Source of the DNA: Candidatus Omnitrophota bacterium
Lineage (GTDB): Bacteria; Omnitrophota; Gorgyraeia; Zapsychrales; Zapsychraceae
Assembly (NCBI GenBank): GCA_029261055.1
Contig: JAJDCA010000044.1
Span: forward strand, 141,867 to 205,866
Direction of reading: 5' to 3'
DNA: 64,000 nt
Shown here: positions 49,588-59,059 of the stretch, piece by piece
Numbering within the stretch: the stretch's first letter is position 1
Layout of the letters: the number at the start of each line of letters is the position of its first letter
The notes under the pieces: generated by a model
Seen by the model: only the letters and a program-made list of their open reading frames with translations
Database searches by the model: none
What the model was told of the DNA's origin: nothing
Program-made: the position numbers and the translations under genes

Positions 49588-49908
49588 ATGAAATTTGGAC
49601 TTAAGGAAGAAATAATCGAAAAGATAAAAAATATTTTTTCTAAATATTCAGAAATTGAAAAAGTTATTTTGTACGGGTCCAGAGCAAAGGGTAACTTTAA
49701 AAATGGTTCGGATATTGACTTAACCCTCATCGGAAAAAAACTAAATTTAAAATTAATGAATAAAATTGAATTAGAAATTGATAATCTGTTTTTACCATAT
49801 TCTTTTGATATATCCCTTTTTTCACAAATTTCTAACCAAGACTTAGTAGGGCATATAAAAAGAGTAGGGGTCATTTTCTACGAAAATAATGAAGGAGTCT
49901 CTTTATGA
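49588..49908 (+). CDS. Minimal nucleotidyltransferase (MNT) antitoxin
   Basis: YGSRAKGNFKNGSDIDL (GSX10DXD). Confidence 0.9.
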   Translation: MKFGLKEEIIEKIKNIFSKYSEIEKVILYGSRAKGNFKNGSDIDLTLIGKKLNLKLMNKIELEIDNLFLPYSFDISLFSQISNQDLVGHIKRVGVIFYENNEGVSL

Positions 49909-51239
49909 CAACTATCCAGAAAATTCTTAATACCTTAAAAGTGATTATCGATCCTGATTTAAACAAAGATATTGTTTCCCTGGGATTCGTCAAAAATGTT
50001 CAAATTAAAGATACTGAAGTTTCTTTCGATATTGAACTCACCACACCGGCTTGTCCTGTTAAAGATGAATTTCAAAGAAAAGCCGAAGAGCTTGTGCTCG
50101 CCCTTGATGGTGTTGAAAAAGTAAATGTACGCCTAACGTCACAACAACGACAGGCCCCATCTAATGACGAAAAAATGCCAAGTTCCCTTAAAGATGTTAA
50201 AGCCATCATTGCCATATCATCATGCAAGGGAGGCGTAGGTAAATCCACTGTGGCAGCTCAATTAGCCCAAGAACTAGCCTTAAAAGGATTTAAAGTAGGG
50301 CTAGTAGATGCCGACATTCATGGTCCGTCAGTCCCGACATTGTTTGATTTAAACAATACGCCGGTCTATGTAAATGAACAACAATTGCTGATGCCGATTG
50401 AAAAAAATGGCCTTAAGATTATGTCCTTTGGATTTTTATTGGGCGATGGCCCTGCCGTCATGAGAGGGCCCATGGTTTCGCGTTATGTTCAACAGGTGCT
50501 CCATCAAACTGCATGGGGCGAGTTAGATTATTTATTTATCGATATGCCACCGGGAACAGGCGATGTTCAGCTTACCATTACGCAAACGATCCAATTAGAT
50601 GGCGCCGTCATTATCACAACGCCGCAGACGCTTTCATTGATTGACGTCACCCGCGGCATTCTGATGTTCGAAAAAGTCAATGTTCCGATCTTAGGATTCA
50701 TCGAAAACATGGCCTATTTCCTATGTGATGAATGCGACAAAAAACATTATCTATTTGGTAACCAAGCAGGGGATTCTCTAAAAGAACGTTTCGGCATTGA
50801 TTGCCTGGCCGAATTACCATTATTACCTGAATTGTCTCTGCGCAGCAACACTCAATCCCCTGAAAACAGCTACATCAGCGAAGCCGTCAATCAAGTGGTT
50901 AGAGCCTTAGGCAAACAATCTCTGCAAAACAAAGAAACCCCAAAAATTGAGTTCAACACCCAACACGTTTCCCTCAGTTGGAAGGATGGCAGTAGCCTTC
51001 AAGTCAACAACCACGACTTACGCCTAAGCTGCCGCTGCGCCTTGTGTGTCAGCGAAGTCACTGGTGAACAAATCCTCAAAGAAAAAGACATCAAACCCGA
51101 CATCGCCCCCAAAGAAGTCACCCCCTTAGGCAATTATGCCATCGGAATTACTTGGAATGATGGACACAGTTCAGGGATTTATCCTTATAACAGCATTCGA
51201 AAAATCGAGTCAGGCCAAAACATCGCAACATCTCTTTAA
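49905..51239 (+). CDS. mrp: Mrp/ApbC Fe-S cluster carrier ATPase with N-terminal DUF59 and C-terminal DUF971 domains
   Basis: IDPDLNKDIV..LTTPACP; SCKGGVGKST; DMPPGTGD; CRCALC..WNDGHSSGIY. Confidence 0.9.
   Translation: MTTIQKILNTLKVIIDPDLNKDIVSLGFVKNVQIKDTEVSFDIELTTPACPVKDEFQRKAEELVLALDGVEKVNVRLTSQQRQAPSNDEKMPSSLKDVKAIIAISSCKGGVGKSTVAAQLAQELALKGFKVGLVDADIHGPSVPTLFDLNNTPVYVNEQQLLMPIEKNGLKIMSFGFLLGDGPAVMRGPMVSRYVQQVLHQTAWGELDYLFIDMPPGTGDVQLTITQTIQLDGAVIITTPQTLSLIDVTRGILMFEKVNVPILGFIENMAYFLCDECDKKHYLFGNQAGDSLKERFGIDCLAELPLLPELSLRSNTQSPENSYISEAVNQVVRALGKQSLQNKETPKIEFNTQHVSLSWKDGSSLQVNNHDLRLSCRCALCVSEVTGEQILKEKDIKPDIAPKEVTPLGNYAIGITWNDGHSSGIYPYNSIRKIESGQNIATSL
51135..51188 (+). repeat. 54-bp direct repeat, left copy (in frame within the mrp 3' end)
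   Basis: 45/54 identical to 52187-52240; encodes YAIGITWNDGHSSGIYPY. Confidence 0.88.
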
Positions 51240-51247
51240 ACAAAATC

Positions 51248-51290
51248 TTGAAATTTGTATCAAATGATGGCATACTTATCTCAAATGAGA
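51248..51290 (+). promoter_or_regulatory. TA operon promoter with two small palindromic operators
   Basis: TTGAAA-17-CATACT; ATCA-AA-TGAT (51259-51268) and TCTCA-AA-TGAGA (51279-51290). Confidence 0.5.
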
Positions 51291-51306
51291 CAAAAGGAGA
51301 AAAACA

Positions 51307-51729
51307 ATGACGCCACCAATTACATTAGAAAAGATCTTAGATATAAAAAAAGAAAACGTAACTGATTCTGACTTGATGAAATTGACTTTAAAAGGGTTTA
51401 AGAAACTTAGTATCTCCAGAATTTCAAAAATGCTAGGTACATCTGAAACAGAAATGATCGGGTTATTGCCCATATCGAGGGCAACCGTTGCACGATTAGA
51501 CAACAGAAGCACTTTTGATTTAACAACATCAGAACATCTTGTTTTTTTAAGCAAAGTTATCGCTATAGGGATTAACGTTTTAGAAAAAGAAGATAATTTT
51601 AGAATTTGGTTAAAAACGCCGTGTTTAGCTTTAGGTAATGAGAAGCCAGTAACATTTCTAAATTCTATTTTTGGTTGCCAATCCGTAATAAATGTCTTGG
51701 GAAGAGCTGCAAGTGGAGTATATTCTTAA
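51307..51729 (+). CDS. Xre/MbcA/ParS-type antitoxin
   Basis: HTH (ISRATVAR); C-terminal WLKTPCLALGNEKP..L.S..G...V..VLGR...GVYS. Confidence 0.9.
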   Translation: MTPPITLEKILDIKKENVTDSDLMKLTLKGFKKLSISRISKMLGTSETEMIGLLPISRATVARLDNRSTFDLTTSEHLVFLSKVIAIGINVLEKEDNFRIWLKTPCLALGNEKPVTFLNSIFGCQSVINVLGRAASGVYS

Positions 51730-51732
51730 ACC

Positions 51733-52212
51733 GTGTTAAAGACTTATCGCATAATAAAAAATAAATTTTTAAATGCCCCTCACGGAGAAGGGGCATTTAA
51801 GTTTGGAGGAAGGTGGAACAAACCAGGCGAAATTGTTATTTATAGCTCTGAAACCAAAGCCTTAGCAACCCTTGAAATATTAGTGAATATTCCAATTGCC
51901 AAAGATTTAAAATTCTACGCACTAACAATCAATATTCCAAATAATGTTGCAAAAAAAACTATCGATGTAAATAACCTACCCAAGAAATGGCGAACATATC
52001 CATCCACAACTGTTGCCATTGGTTCTGAATGGCTAAAAAATGCTGAGTCATGTATTTTAAAGATCCCTTCTGCAATTGTTCCAGAAGAATTCAACTATTT
52101 GATTAATCCAAATCATAAAGATTACAAAAAAATAGAATTTTCTGAACCTCAAGAGTTTTGTTTTGATGATAGGTTTTATGAGCCTCTACGCCATCGGAAG
52201 CACCTGGAATGA
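51733..52212 (+). CDS. RES domain toxin
   Basis: YRI, GEGAFKFGGRWN, LATLEILV, IPSAIVPEEFNYLINPNH. Confidence 0.92.
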   Translation: MLKTYRIIKNKFLNAPHGEGAFKFGGRWNKPGEIVIYSSETKALATLEILVNIPIAKDLKFYALTINIPNNVAKKTIDVNNLPKKWRTYPSTTVAIGSEWLKNAESCILKIPSAIVPEEFNYLINPNHKDYKKIEFSEPQEFCFDDRFYEPLRHRKHLE

Positions 52213-52240
52213 TGGGCATAGTTCGGGGATTTATCCGTAC
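52187..52240 (+). repeat. 54-bp direct repeat, right copy (orphan duplicate of the mrp 3' end)
   Basis: Reads YAIGSTWNDGHSSGIYPY then INNQYF*; 7 synonymous changes and one Ile-to-Ser codon change relative to the mrp copy. Confidence 0.88.
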
Positions 52241-52296
52241 ATCAATAATCAATATTTTTTAGTTGCTATATACTATGAAAATCCACACTGCTGACT

Positions 52297-53358
52297 ATGA
52301 AAATATTAAAAATACTTAAAAACGGCGCGCTCATTTTACTTATTAGCATTGTAATGTTGCTGGTACTTGAAGGCATTGCAAGACTATTTATTCCATCTTC
52401 AAATTTTAAAGATCAACGTGTTATTGCTGAAACAATCCATACCGAATATGATCCTTTGCTAGGATGGAATAACAAACCAAACTTTCATTACAAAGATATG
52501 TATGGGGAGAATAAACCTATTACTATCAATTCTCAAAGTTTTCGAAATAAAAAAGATACCCAAATACAAAAACTAGCAGGCAAAAAACGTTGGTTATGTG
52601 TGGGAGATTCCTTTACATTAGGTTTTGGGGTAGGAGATGAAGAAACTTGGTGTTCTTTATTAGACCAAAATAATTCTAATTTAGAAACCGTTAATTTAGG
52701 GCAGGGTGGCTATGGTATGGATCAATCATTCTTGCGTTACAAAAGGGATGGAACTCCCTTAGATCATGATTTAGTTATTTTTGCATTTATTACCCCTGAC
52801 ATTGCTCATCGTATGTTTTTAAATGAGTTGGGTGATTTTCCTAAACCTTATTTTAAAATGGAAAAAAAGAAATTATCTCTTAAAAATACGCCTGTTCCTC
52901 GACAACCTTTCATTATAAGACAGTTATTTGGAATGAGATCAAATTTTAAAAAATCAAGATTGCTAAGGTGGATTAAAAAACATGTTTACAAGAAACCACC
53001 CGCCCAAAAAAAGGAAGAAATATCTCCACAAGAACTTGCCTCCATTGTGATGTCTATGCTGGCGGAATTACATCAACTTGCGCGTGAGAAGAGCAGTCAT
53101 GTTGTCTTAGTGCACCTTCCTTTTGAAGGGGACATCCATGATGAATCTTCTGGAAAGCTTAGGCGTACTTTATATAGCATGGCCAAGCAAAACGAATGGG
53201 ACTATCTTGATTTAATTCAGGACTTTCATAAGCTTTCGCCAGAGCTCAAGAGCAAGATTTTTATTAAAGAAGATATTGGGAATATTTCAGGGGCTAAGGG
53301 GCATTATACGGTTGAAGGGAATCAATTCATTGCATATCTGATAAATAAGCATTTATAA
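52297..53358 (+). CDS. Membrane-anchored SGNH/GDSL hydrolase
   Basis: N-terminal TM (LEGIARL), VGDSFTLG, NLGQGGYG, GHYTVEGN. Confidence 0.85.
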   Translation: MKILKILKNGALILLISIVMLLVLEGIARLFIPSSNFKDQRVIAETIHTEYDPLLGWNNKPNFHYKDMYGENKPITINSQSFRNKKDTQIQKLAGKKRWLCVGDSFTLGFGVGDEETWCSLLDQNNSNLETVNLGQGGYGMDQSFLRYKRDGTPLDHDLVIFAFITPDIAHRMFLNELGDFPKPYFKMEKKKLSLKNTPVPRQPFIIRQLFGMRSNFKKSRLLRWIKKHVYKKPPAQKKEEISPQELASIVMSMLAELHQLAREKSSHVVLVHLPFEGDIHDESSGKLRRTLYSMAKQNEWDYLDLIQDFHKLSPELKSKIFIKEDIGNISGAKGHYTVEGNQFIAYLINKHL

Positions 53359-53498
53359 TAAAAATCCAGATTCCAGCTTTTCTCAACTTGTGATAATCTA
53401 TTTAATCTCAAGTTAAAATAAAACAATTTATCAAAAACAAAACCCTTGAATTTCTTGCAATGTTGACTTACAATCGTTCAAATTTTGTCGGTAACTAT

Positions 53499-53576
53499 GG
53501 CGGGGTAGCTCAGCTGGTTTAGAGCGTTCGGTTCATACCCGAAAGGTCGACGGTTCGAGCCCGTCCCCCGCTACCA
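53499..53576 (+). tRNA. tRNA-Met (CAT), elongator type
   Basis: Cloverleaf with GGCGGGG/CCCCGCT acceptor, TTCGG-TTCATAC-CCGAA anticodon arm, GTTCGAG T-loop and encoded CCA; lacks the initiator C1:A72 mismatch and GGG/CCC stem. Confidence 0.93.
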
Positions 53577-53672
53577 GTCTTCGCCAAATTGTTTTCACGT
53601 TTGGCTTCGCCTGGCTTTGCCAGACACAGAAACACAAGTAAAAACGCAGACAATTTAAATTCCCTCCAAATC

Positions 53673-54233
53673 ATGTTGAACTTAAAAAACTTAATATATT
53701 CTATATTTGTTATCTTTTTTCTATGGCTCATTAATCCCCACCTCATTTTTGCTCAATCAAACTTTGATTTTTTCTTTGGTGGTGACAAGGAATATCAGGA
53801 TGTTGTTGTTGAACGTGTGATTAGTGCGGATACGATTAAACTCGAAGAGGGGGAGGTTGTGAAACTTATTGGCTTAAAAGCACTCGAGCCGCCTGAAAAA
53901 GAGAGAACAGTTGATCGTGATCAATATGGATTTCGTGTTAAACAGGAAATTAATCCCATAGCGCCACTGGAAAAACAAGCGTTTCAATTTGCCGTTAACT
54001 TGATAGAAGGCAAACATATCCGTTTGGAGTTTGACACCGAGAAAAAAAATGATCAGCTCCAGACTTTGGCTTATGTGTTCATATTAGATGACGACACTTT
54101 CGTTAATACAGAAATTTTACGCCAAGGATTTGCCAGTCTTCATATCCGTCCCCCCAACACAAAACATGCAAAACAATTACGCGCTGCTTATACGGAAGCA
54201 AGAGAAGAGCGTCGGGGAATTCAAGGGCAGTAG
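53673..54233 (+). CDS. Thermonuclease (SNase-like) family secreted protein
   Basis: RVISADTIKL, VKLIGLKALE, TLAYVF, NTEILRQGFA, EAREERRGI. Confidence 0.85.
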   Translation: MLNLKNLIYSIFVIFFLWLINPHLIFAQSNFDFFFGGDKEYQDVVVERVISADTIKLEEGEVVKLIGLKALEPPEKERTVDRDQYGFRVKQEINPIAPLEKQAFQFAVNLIEGKHIRLEFDTEKKNDQLQTLAYVFILDDDTFVNTEILRQGFASLHIRPPNTKHAKQLRAAYTEAREERRGIQGQ

Positions 54234-54255
54234 AGACGTAGCGTCGCTACGTCTT
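54230..54255. repeat. GTAG-type REP-like palindrome
   Basis: GTAG-AGACGTAGC-GTC-GCTACGTCT. Confidence 0.6.
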
Positions 54256-54266
54256 CATATATTTGT

Positions 54267-55259
54267 ATGAATATCATTTCCAAAATTAAAAAATACATTT
54301 GTGATAATCGACTTCTATCACAGGGAGATGTTGTCATTGTCGGCGTCTCCGGTGGTGCAGACTCGGTGGCTTTACTCCATATTTTACATTCTCTCCAATA
54401 CGAATTTGGCTTACAATTATACGTCGCGCATTTTAATCATCAATTACGTCGAGGATCTAATACGGATGAAAAGTTTGTTAAAAAATTAGCGCAACAGCTA
54501 CATTTACCATGTATCACAGAATCTTGGGCGCAAGGCTCATCACAGTCTAAAGGTTCTTTGGAAGAGCTCGCGCGTGAGGCGCGCATTCAATTTTTTATGA
54601 AAATGGCTAAATCTCACAAAGCTAACATAATTGCCTTGGCGCACAACAAAAATGATTTGGCTGAAACTGTTTTGATGCGAATTGTACGCGGGACCGGTTT
54701 ACAAGGCATGCGAAGTATTTTACCCAAAAGGCTTATTCAAAAATGTAATTTTATTCGTCCTTTATTAGAGACACCACGCGAAGAAATTGAGAATTATTTA
54801 CATAAACACAAGCAATCCTGGCGCAATGATCCGAGTAATCAACAAACTAAATTTTTCCGTAATAGAATTCGTCTTGAACTTTTACCGTTGTTGACAAAAG
54901 ATTACAATCAAAATATTACTGATATTTTATCTAACCTTTCCAAAAACATCTCCGTTGACTATGATTTTCTAGAGCAAAAAGGATGTGAATTATTTAAAAA
55001 AATGGCGATTATCGACAAAAACAAAAAAAACATAAAGTTTTCTCTCCAAAAATATACGACACACCATCCAGCGCTAAAACGACTATTAATTCGCCAAACC
55101 TTTCAATATCTCAAAGGCAACACAAAACGGTTTACTTTTTCACACTATGAAGAAATAGAAGATCTTATTGAAAATCGCCCCAATGGATCCGTGGTAGACT
55201 TGCCTCAAGGAATACAATCAAAAAAATATAATAAATATATTAATTTTTATCAAAAATGA
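54267..55259 (+). CDS. tilS: tRNA(Ile)-lysidine synthetase
   Basis: VSGGADSVALL, HFNHQLR, AHNKNDLAET, DPSN, RNRIR. Confidence 0.95.
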   Translation: MNIISKIKKYICDNRLLSQGDVVIVGVSGGADSVALLHILHSLQYEFGLQLYVAHFNHQLRRGSNTDEKFVKKLAQQLHLPCITESWAQGSSQSKGSLEELAREARIQFFMKMAKSHKANIIALAHNKNDLAETVLMRIVRGTGLQGMRSILPKRLIQKCNFIRPLLETPREEIENYLHKHKQSWRNDPSNQQTKFFRNRIRLELLPLLTKDYNQNITDILSNLSKNISVDYDFLEQKGCELFKKMAIIDKNKKNIKFSLQKYTTHHPALKRLLIRQTFQYLKGNTKRFTFSHYEEIEDLIENRPNGSVVDLPQGIQSKKYNKYINFYQK

Positions 55260-55328
55260 ATAGATCAATCAAAATAATTGTTGAATATACGATTGTTTCC
55301 TATATAATTTTTAATTCAAGCTTAACCC

Positions 55329-55401
55329 AGTTAATCATCAGCTATCAGTCTTCAGCTTTTTTTAATGACGACTGATAACTGAAAGCCAAAATCACCGAGC
55401 G
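55329..55401. repeat. Heptamer-palindrome repeat family, copy e
   Basis: ATCATCA GCTATCA GTCTTCA-loop-ATGACGA CTGATAA CTGAAAGCCAAAATCAC. Confidence 0.7.
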
Positions 55402-55446
55402 CCTGCCAGCAGGCAAGTTAGCGAGGCCTAAGTTCTGCTATCCGGA

Positions 55447-57432
55447 ATGGAGAAAATAAAGAGCATGTCTAAATCAAATTATAAAAAATCAAATCCGCCT
55501 AACCCATCGAATTTCCAAGGATTTAAATACAAATCACCCAAAAAAGGCAATCCCAATAAAAAAGGTCCTGATCAAGCCAACAATAATTGGCTGCTCTGGC
55601 TAGGTATAGGGTTTATTTTCCTGATTTTCATGAGTCAATCAGAATCCGTCAATAATATGAAGACCGCCCAACCATTAACCTATAGTGAATTCTATTCTAT
55701 TCTAAAAACTAATAAAACAACCGGTATGATCCAACAATTAAAACTTGTTGAAAGTTCTGAAAACACCTTAACCGGAACTTTAAGTAATGGATCACAATTC
55801 ACCCTCAATATCCCCAAAAATGATGAAGGCATACTTGAAGCGATCCGAGAAAATGTAACTAATTTTTCTGTTGCACCTCCACAAATCTTCTGGAGTCAAA
55901 TATTTTTCTCTTTTGGCCCCATTGTTTTAATTTTTATGATTATCTGGTTTATCTCCCATAGAGGCAACCAAGTCGGTAATAAACTTTGGTCATTCGGTAA
56001 ATCTCGTGCCAAAATAAACAAAAAGGGGGAAACCTCTGTTACGTTTAAAAATGTCGCCGGTGTCGACGAGGCTAAAGAAGAACTTCAAGAAGTTATTGAA
56101 TTTCTTAAAGACCCTAAAAAATTTGAACGTCTCGGCGGAAAAATCCCTAAAGGTGTTTTGCTCATTGGACCACCGGGAACAGGAAAAACTCTTCTGGCTA
56201 AAGCAGTCGCCGGAGAAGCCGAAGTTCCATTTTTCTCTCTCAGTGGATCAGATTTTGTCGAAATGTTTGTCGGTGTTGGAGCATCCCGTGTCCGTGATTT
56301 ATTTGAACAAGGGCGCAAGGCCTCAACAACATCGGGAAAAGGAGCCATTATTTTTATCGACGAAATTGACGCTGTCGGTCGTCTGCGCTTTGCCGGTATT
56401 GGAGGGGGGAATGATGAACGTGAACAAACGCTCAATGCTTTACTTGTCGAAATGGATGGATTTAATGCGCATGGCGGTCTCATTTTGATTGCGGCCACTA
56501 ATCGACCGGACACTCTTGATCCGGCATTACTACGGCCAGGTCGATTTGACCGTCAGGTTGTCGTTGGTCTTCCGGATATTAATGGAAGGGAAGGCATTTT
56601 AAAAGTCCATGCTACCGATATTAAATTAGCTAAAAGCGTCGATTTACGAAAAGTAGCTCAGCAAACCGTTTATTTTTCCGGAGCTGATCTGGCTAATGTC
56701 TGTAATGAAGCGGCCCTATTAGCTGCACGCGCTGACAAAGAAGCTGTGGGACTTGAAGAATTTCTTGCGGCCGTAGAACGTGTCACCATGGGACCAGAGA
56801 AAAAAAGTAGAACGGTTTCCCGAAAAGAAAAAGAAATGACGGCTTATCATGAATCAGGGCATGCGCTTTTATCCTTACTTATCGACGAAGTGGATACATT
56901 TTCTAAAGTTTCTATAATTCCACGTGGTATGGCAGGGGGATATACTTTGACTCCGCCGACAGAAGATAAACATTATCAAAACAAAAAAGAACTTTTGGGC
57001 CAAATGGTTATTCTCTTAGGAGGCCTCATTGGTGAAGAACTTTTTACAGGGGATACATCTACCGGGGTATCGAATGATTTAGAACGCGTCACCCAAATTG
57101 CACGAAGTATGGTCTGTGTATTCGGAATGAGCGAAAAAATGGGAACATTGGCCTACGGCCAACGCGAACACAATAAATTTCTTGGCCGCGATCTTATGGA
57201 ACAAAAAGATTACAGCGAAGAAACATCAAAACAAATTGATGAAGAAGTTCGTCGTATCGTTAATGCATCAAAAGAACGCGCTAAAAGATTATTGACAGAA
57301 AATTATAATAAATTAGAACTGATGTCCAACCGTCTCATTGAAAAAGAAATTATGGGTATCGATGAAACCCGTGAACTATTAGGTATGCCCATCGAAACAC
57401 CTGAAACAAAGTCTGATGACAATAAATCATAA
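55447..57432 (+). CDS. ftsH: ATP-dependent zinc metalloprotease FtsH
   Basis: Two TM helices; GPPGTGKT; IFIDEID; RPGRFDR; HESGH. Confidence 0.97.
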   Translation: MEKIKSMSKSNYKKSNPPNPSNFQGFKYKSPKKGNPNKKGPDQANNNWLLWLGIGFIFLIFMSQSESVNNMKTAQPLTYSEFYSILKTNKTTGMIQQLKLVESSENTLTGTLSNGSQFTLNIPKNDEGILEAIRENVTNFSVAPPQIFWSQIFFSFGPIVLIFMIIWFISHRGNQVGNKLWSFGKSRAKINKKGETSVTFKNVAGVDEAKEELQEVIEFLKDPKKFERLGGKIPKGVLLIGPPGTGKTLLAKAVAGEAEVPFFSLSGSDFVEMFVGVGASRVRDLFEQGRKASTTSGKGAIIFIDEIDAVGRLRFAGIGGGNDEREQTLNALLVEMDGFNAHGGLILIAATNRPDTLDPALLRPGRFDRQVVVGLPDINGREGILKVHATDIKLAKSVDLRKVAQQTVYFSGADLANVCNEAALLAARADKEAVGLEEFLAAVERVTMGPEKKSRTVSRKEKEMTAYHESGHALLSLLIDEVDTFSKVSIIPRGMAGGYTLTPPTEDKHYQNKKELLGQMVILLGGLIGEELFTGDTSTGVSNDLERVTQIARSMVCVFGMSEKMGTLAYGQREHNKFLGRDLMEQKDYSEETSKQIDEEVRRIVNASKERAKRLLTENYNKLELMSNRLIEKEIMGIDETRELLGMPIETPETKSDDNKS

Positions 57433-58288
57433 CACCCTCCGAAAAGAATACACAATTACGGCCGGGGAGCATCAAATTGTCTTAGGAAAACATACCCGTA
57501 TTATGGGCATTATTAATATCACCCCGGATTCATTCAGTGGGGATGGTTGTCTTAAAAAAAAACATAATACTATAGCTATGGCCAAGAAAATGATTCGTAA
57601 CGGGGCTGATATTTTAGATATTGGTGGTGAATCAAGTCGACCTGGGGCACACTCCATTTCATCTCAGGAAGAAATCAAACGCATTATTCCAACGGTTACA
57701 GCCCTGGCAAAAAGCACTAAAACCCCTATTTCTGTGGACACATATAAAACAACCGTTGCTATGCGCGCTTTAGATGCTGGGGCAACAATCATCAATACTA
57801 TTAAAGGAACAAACCCATCCAAAAGCCTTTTAAAAATGGTCAAAAAATATAAAGCAGCGATTGTATTAATGCATATGCGCGGTATCCCGACAACCATGCA
57901 AAAAAAAATTTCGTATAAAAATGTCATCAAAGAAATCATTTCTTCGTTACACCTATCGATCAAAAACTGTTTAGACGTCGGTATTCCATCCAACCAAATC
58001 ATTATTGATCCAGGCATAGGATTTGGAAAAACAGTCGAACATAATTTCGAAATTATTAATCATTTAGAAATATTTCAAAAGTTAAAAAAACCTATTTTAT
58101 TGGGCGTTTCACGAAAATCTTTTATTGGAGAAGTTCTCAACAAAAATGTTGCAGATCGTCTCATAGGGACTGTAGCTTCTGTTTGTGCCGGCATCATGCA
58201 TGGGGCTCACATCGTTCGTGTCCATGATATTACACCCATCAAGGAAGCCGCCACAATGACCGATGCTATTGTAAGAGGGACACTATGA
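57416..58288 (+). CDS. folP: Dihydropteroate synthase
   Basis: MGIINITPDSFS, DIGGESSRPG, DPGIGFGK, SRKSF, RVHD. Confidence 0.96.
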   Translation: MTINHNTLRKEYTITAGEHQIVLGKHTRIMGIINITPDSFSGDGCLKKKHNTIAMAKKMIRNGADILDIGGESSRPGAHSISSQEEIKRIIPTVTALAKSTKTPISVDTYKTTVAMRALDAGATIINTIKGTNPSKSLLKMVKKYKAAIVLMHMRGIPTTMQKKISYKNVIKEIISSLHLSIKNCLDVGIPSNQIIIDPGIGFGKTVEHNFEIINHLEIFQKLKKPILLGVSRKSFIGEVLNKNVADRLIGTVASVCAGIMHGAHIVRVHDITPIKEAATMTDAIVRGTL

Positions 58289-59055
58289 CTTTCTTTATCT
58301 GGGACAAAATTACACCGATACTTGAAATCACCATCCTATGGACCGTGATTTACCAAATCTTAATATTCTTTCAAGGAACACGGGCGTTCCAGGTTTTAAA
58401 AGGGATTTCGTATCTTATTATTGCCTATGTAGTTTCACTCATTCTCGGATTTGATACGCTCAATTGGCTACTGACGAAATTTTTTGCGATTTCAATTATT
58501 GCGCTTATGATCATATTTCAACAAGAACTCCGCCATGGACTAGCTCGCCTTGGCCAGCAGCATTTGTTTAATATTGATTTGGAAGAATCGGAAATCATGA
58601 TTATTATTGAAGAAATGACCTCCGCTGTGTATAAAGCTTCCCGACAGAAAATAGGAGCCCTTATTGCCTTAGAACGTGAAACAAAGCTCCGAACATATAT
58701 TGAAAGTGGCGTTCAAATTGATGCCAAAATTTCGGCTGAACTTATTCTTAGTATTTTTTCTCCACAATCACCTCTTCATGACGGGGGCATCATTGCCCGA
58801 GGGGATAAACTTGTAGCCGCTTCCTGTCTTTTTCCTCTTTCAGAAAACCCTAATTTTAGCAAAATTATCGGTACACGTCATCGTGCCGCACTAGGTATCA
58901 CTGAACAGACAGACTCTGTTGTGATTATGGTTTCTGAAGAAACGGGAGATATTTCCGTTGCCTCAGATGGAAAATTTATCCCTATTGCTAATAGAGAACG
59001 CTTGGTTAACATTCTCAAAGATTTACTCGTAGTTGAAACAAAGAAAAAAACATAA
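58285..59055 (+). CDS. cdaA: Diadenylate cyclase CdaA/DacA
   Basis: Three TM helices, IFQQELR, PLHDGG, GTRHRAALG, VSEETG. Confidence 0.94.
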   Translation: MTFFIWDKITPILEITILWTVIYQILIFFQGTRAFQVLKGISYLIIAYVVSLILGFDTLNWLLTKFFAISIIALMIIFQQELRHGLARLGQQHLFNIDLEESEIMIIIEEMTSAVYKASRQKIGALIALERETKLRTYIESGVQIDAKISAELILSIFSPQSPLHDGGIIARGDKLVAASCLFPLSENPNFSKIIGTRHRAALGITEQTDSVVIMVSEETGDISVASDGKFIPIANRERLVNILKDLLVVETKKKT

Positions 59056-59059
59056 AATT

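Noticed and set aside
53499-53576. tRNA(CAT) as Ile2 (given nearby tilS) or as initiator fMet
   Set aside because: No C1:A72 mismatch or triple G-C anticodon stem, and the sequence resembles elongator tRNA-Met. A tRNAscan-SE isotype model would settle it.
53577-53672. Integrative element at the tRNA 3' end
   Set aside because: No integrase and no duplicate of the tRNA 3' end were seen in the window.
53519-53746. 75-aa minus-strand ORF and the 5' extension of the thermonuclease ORF (53589-53672)
   Set aside because: The minus ORF is antisense to the tRNA; the nuclease signal peptide fits a start at 53673.
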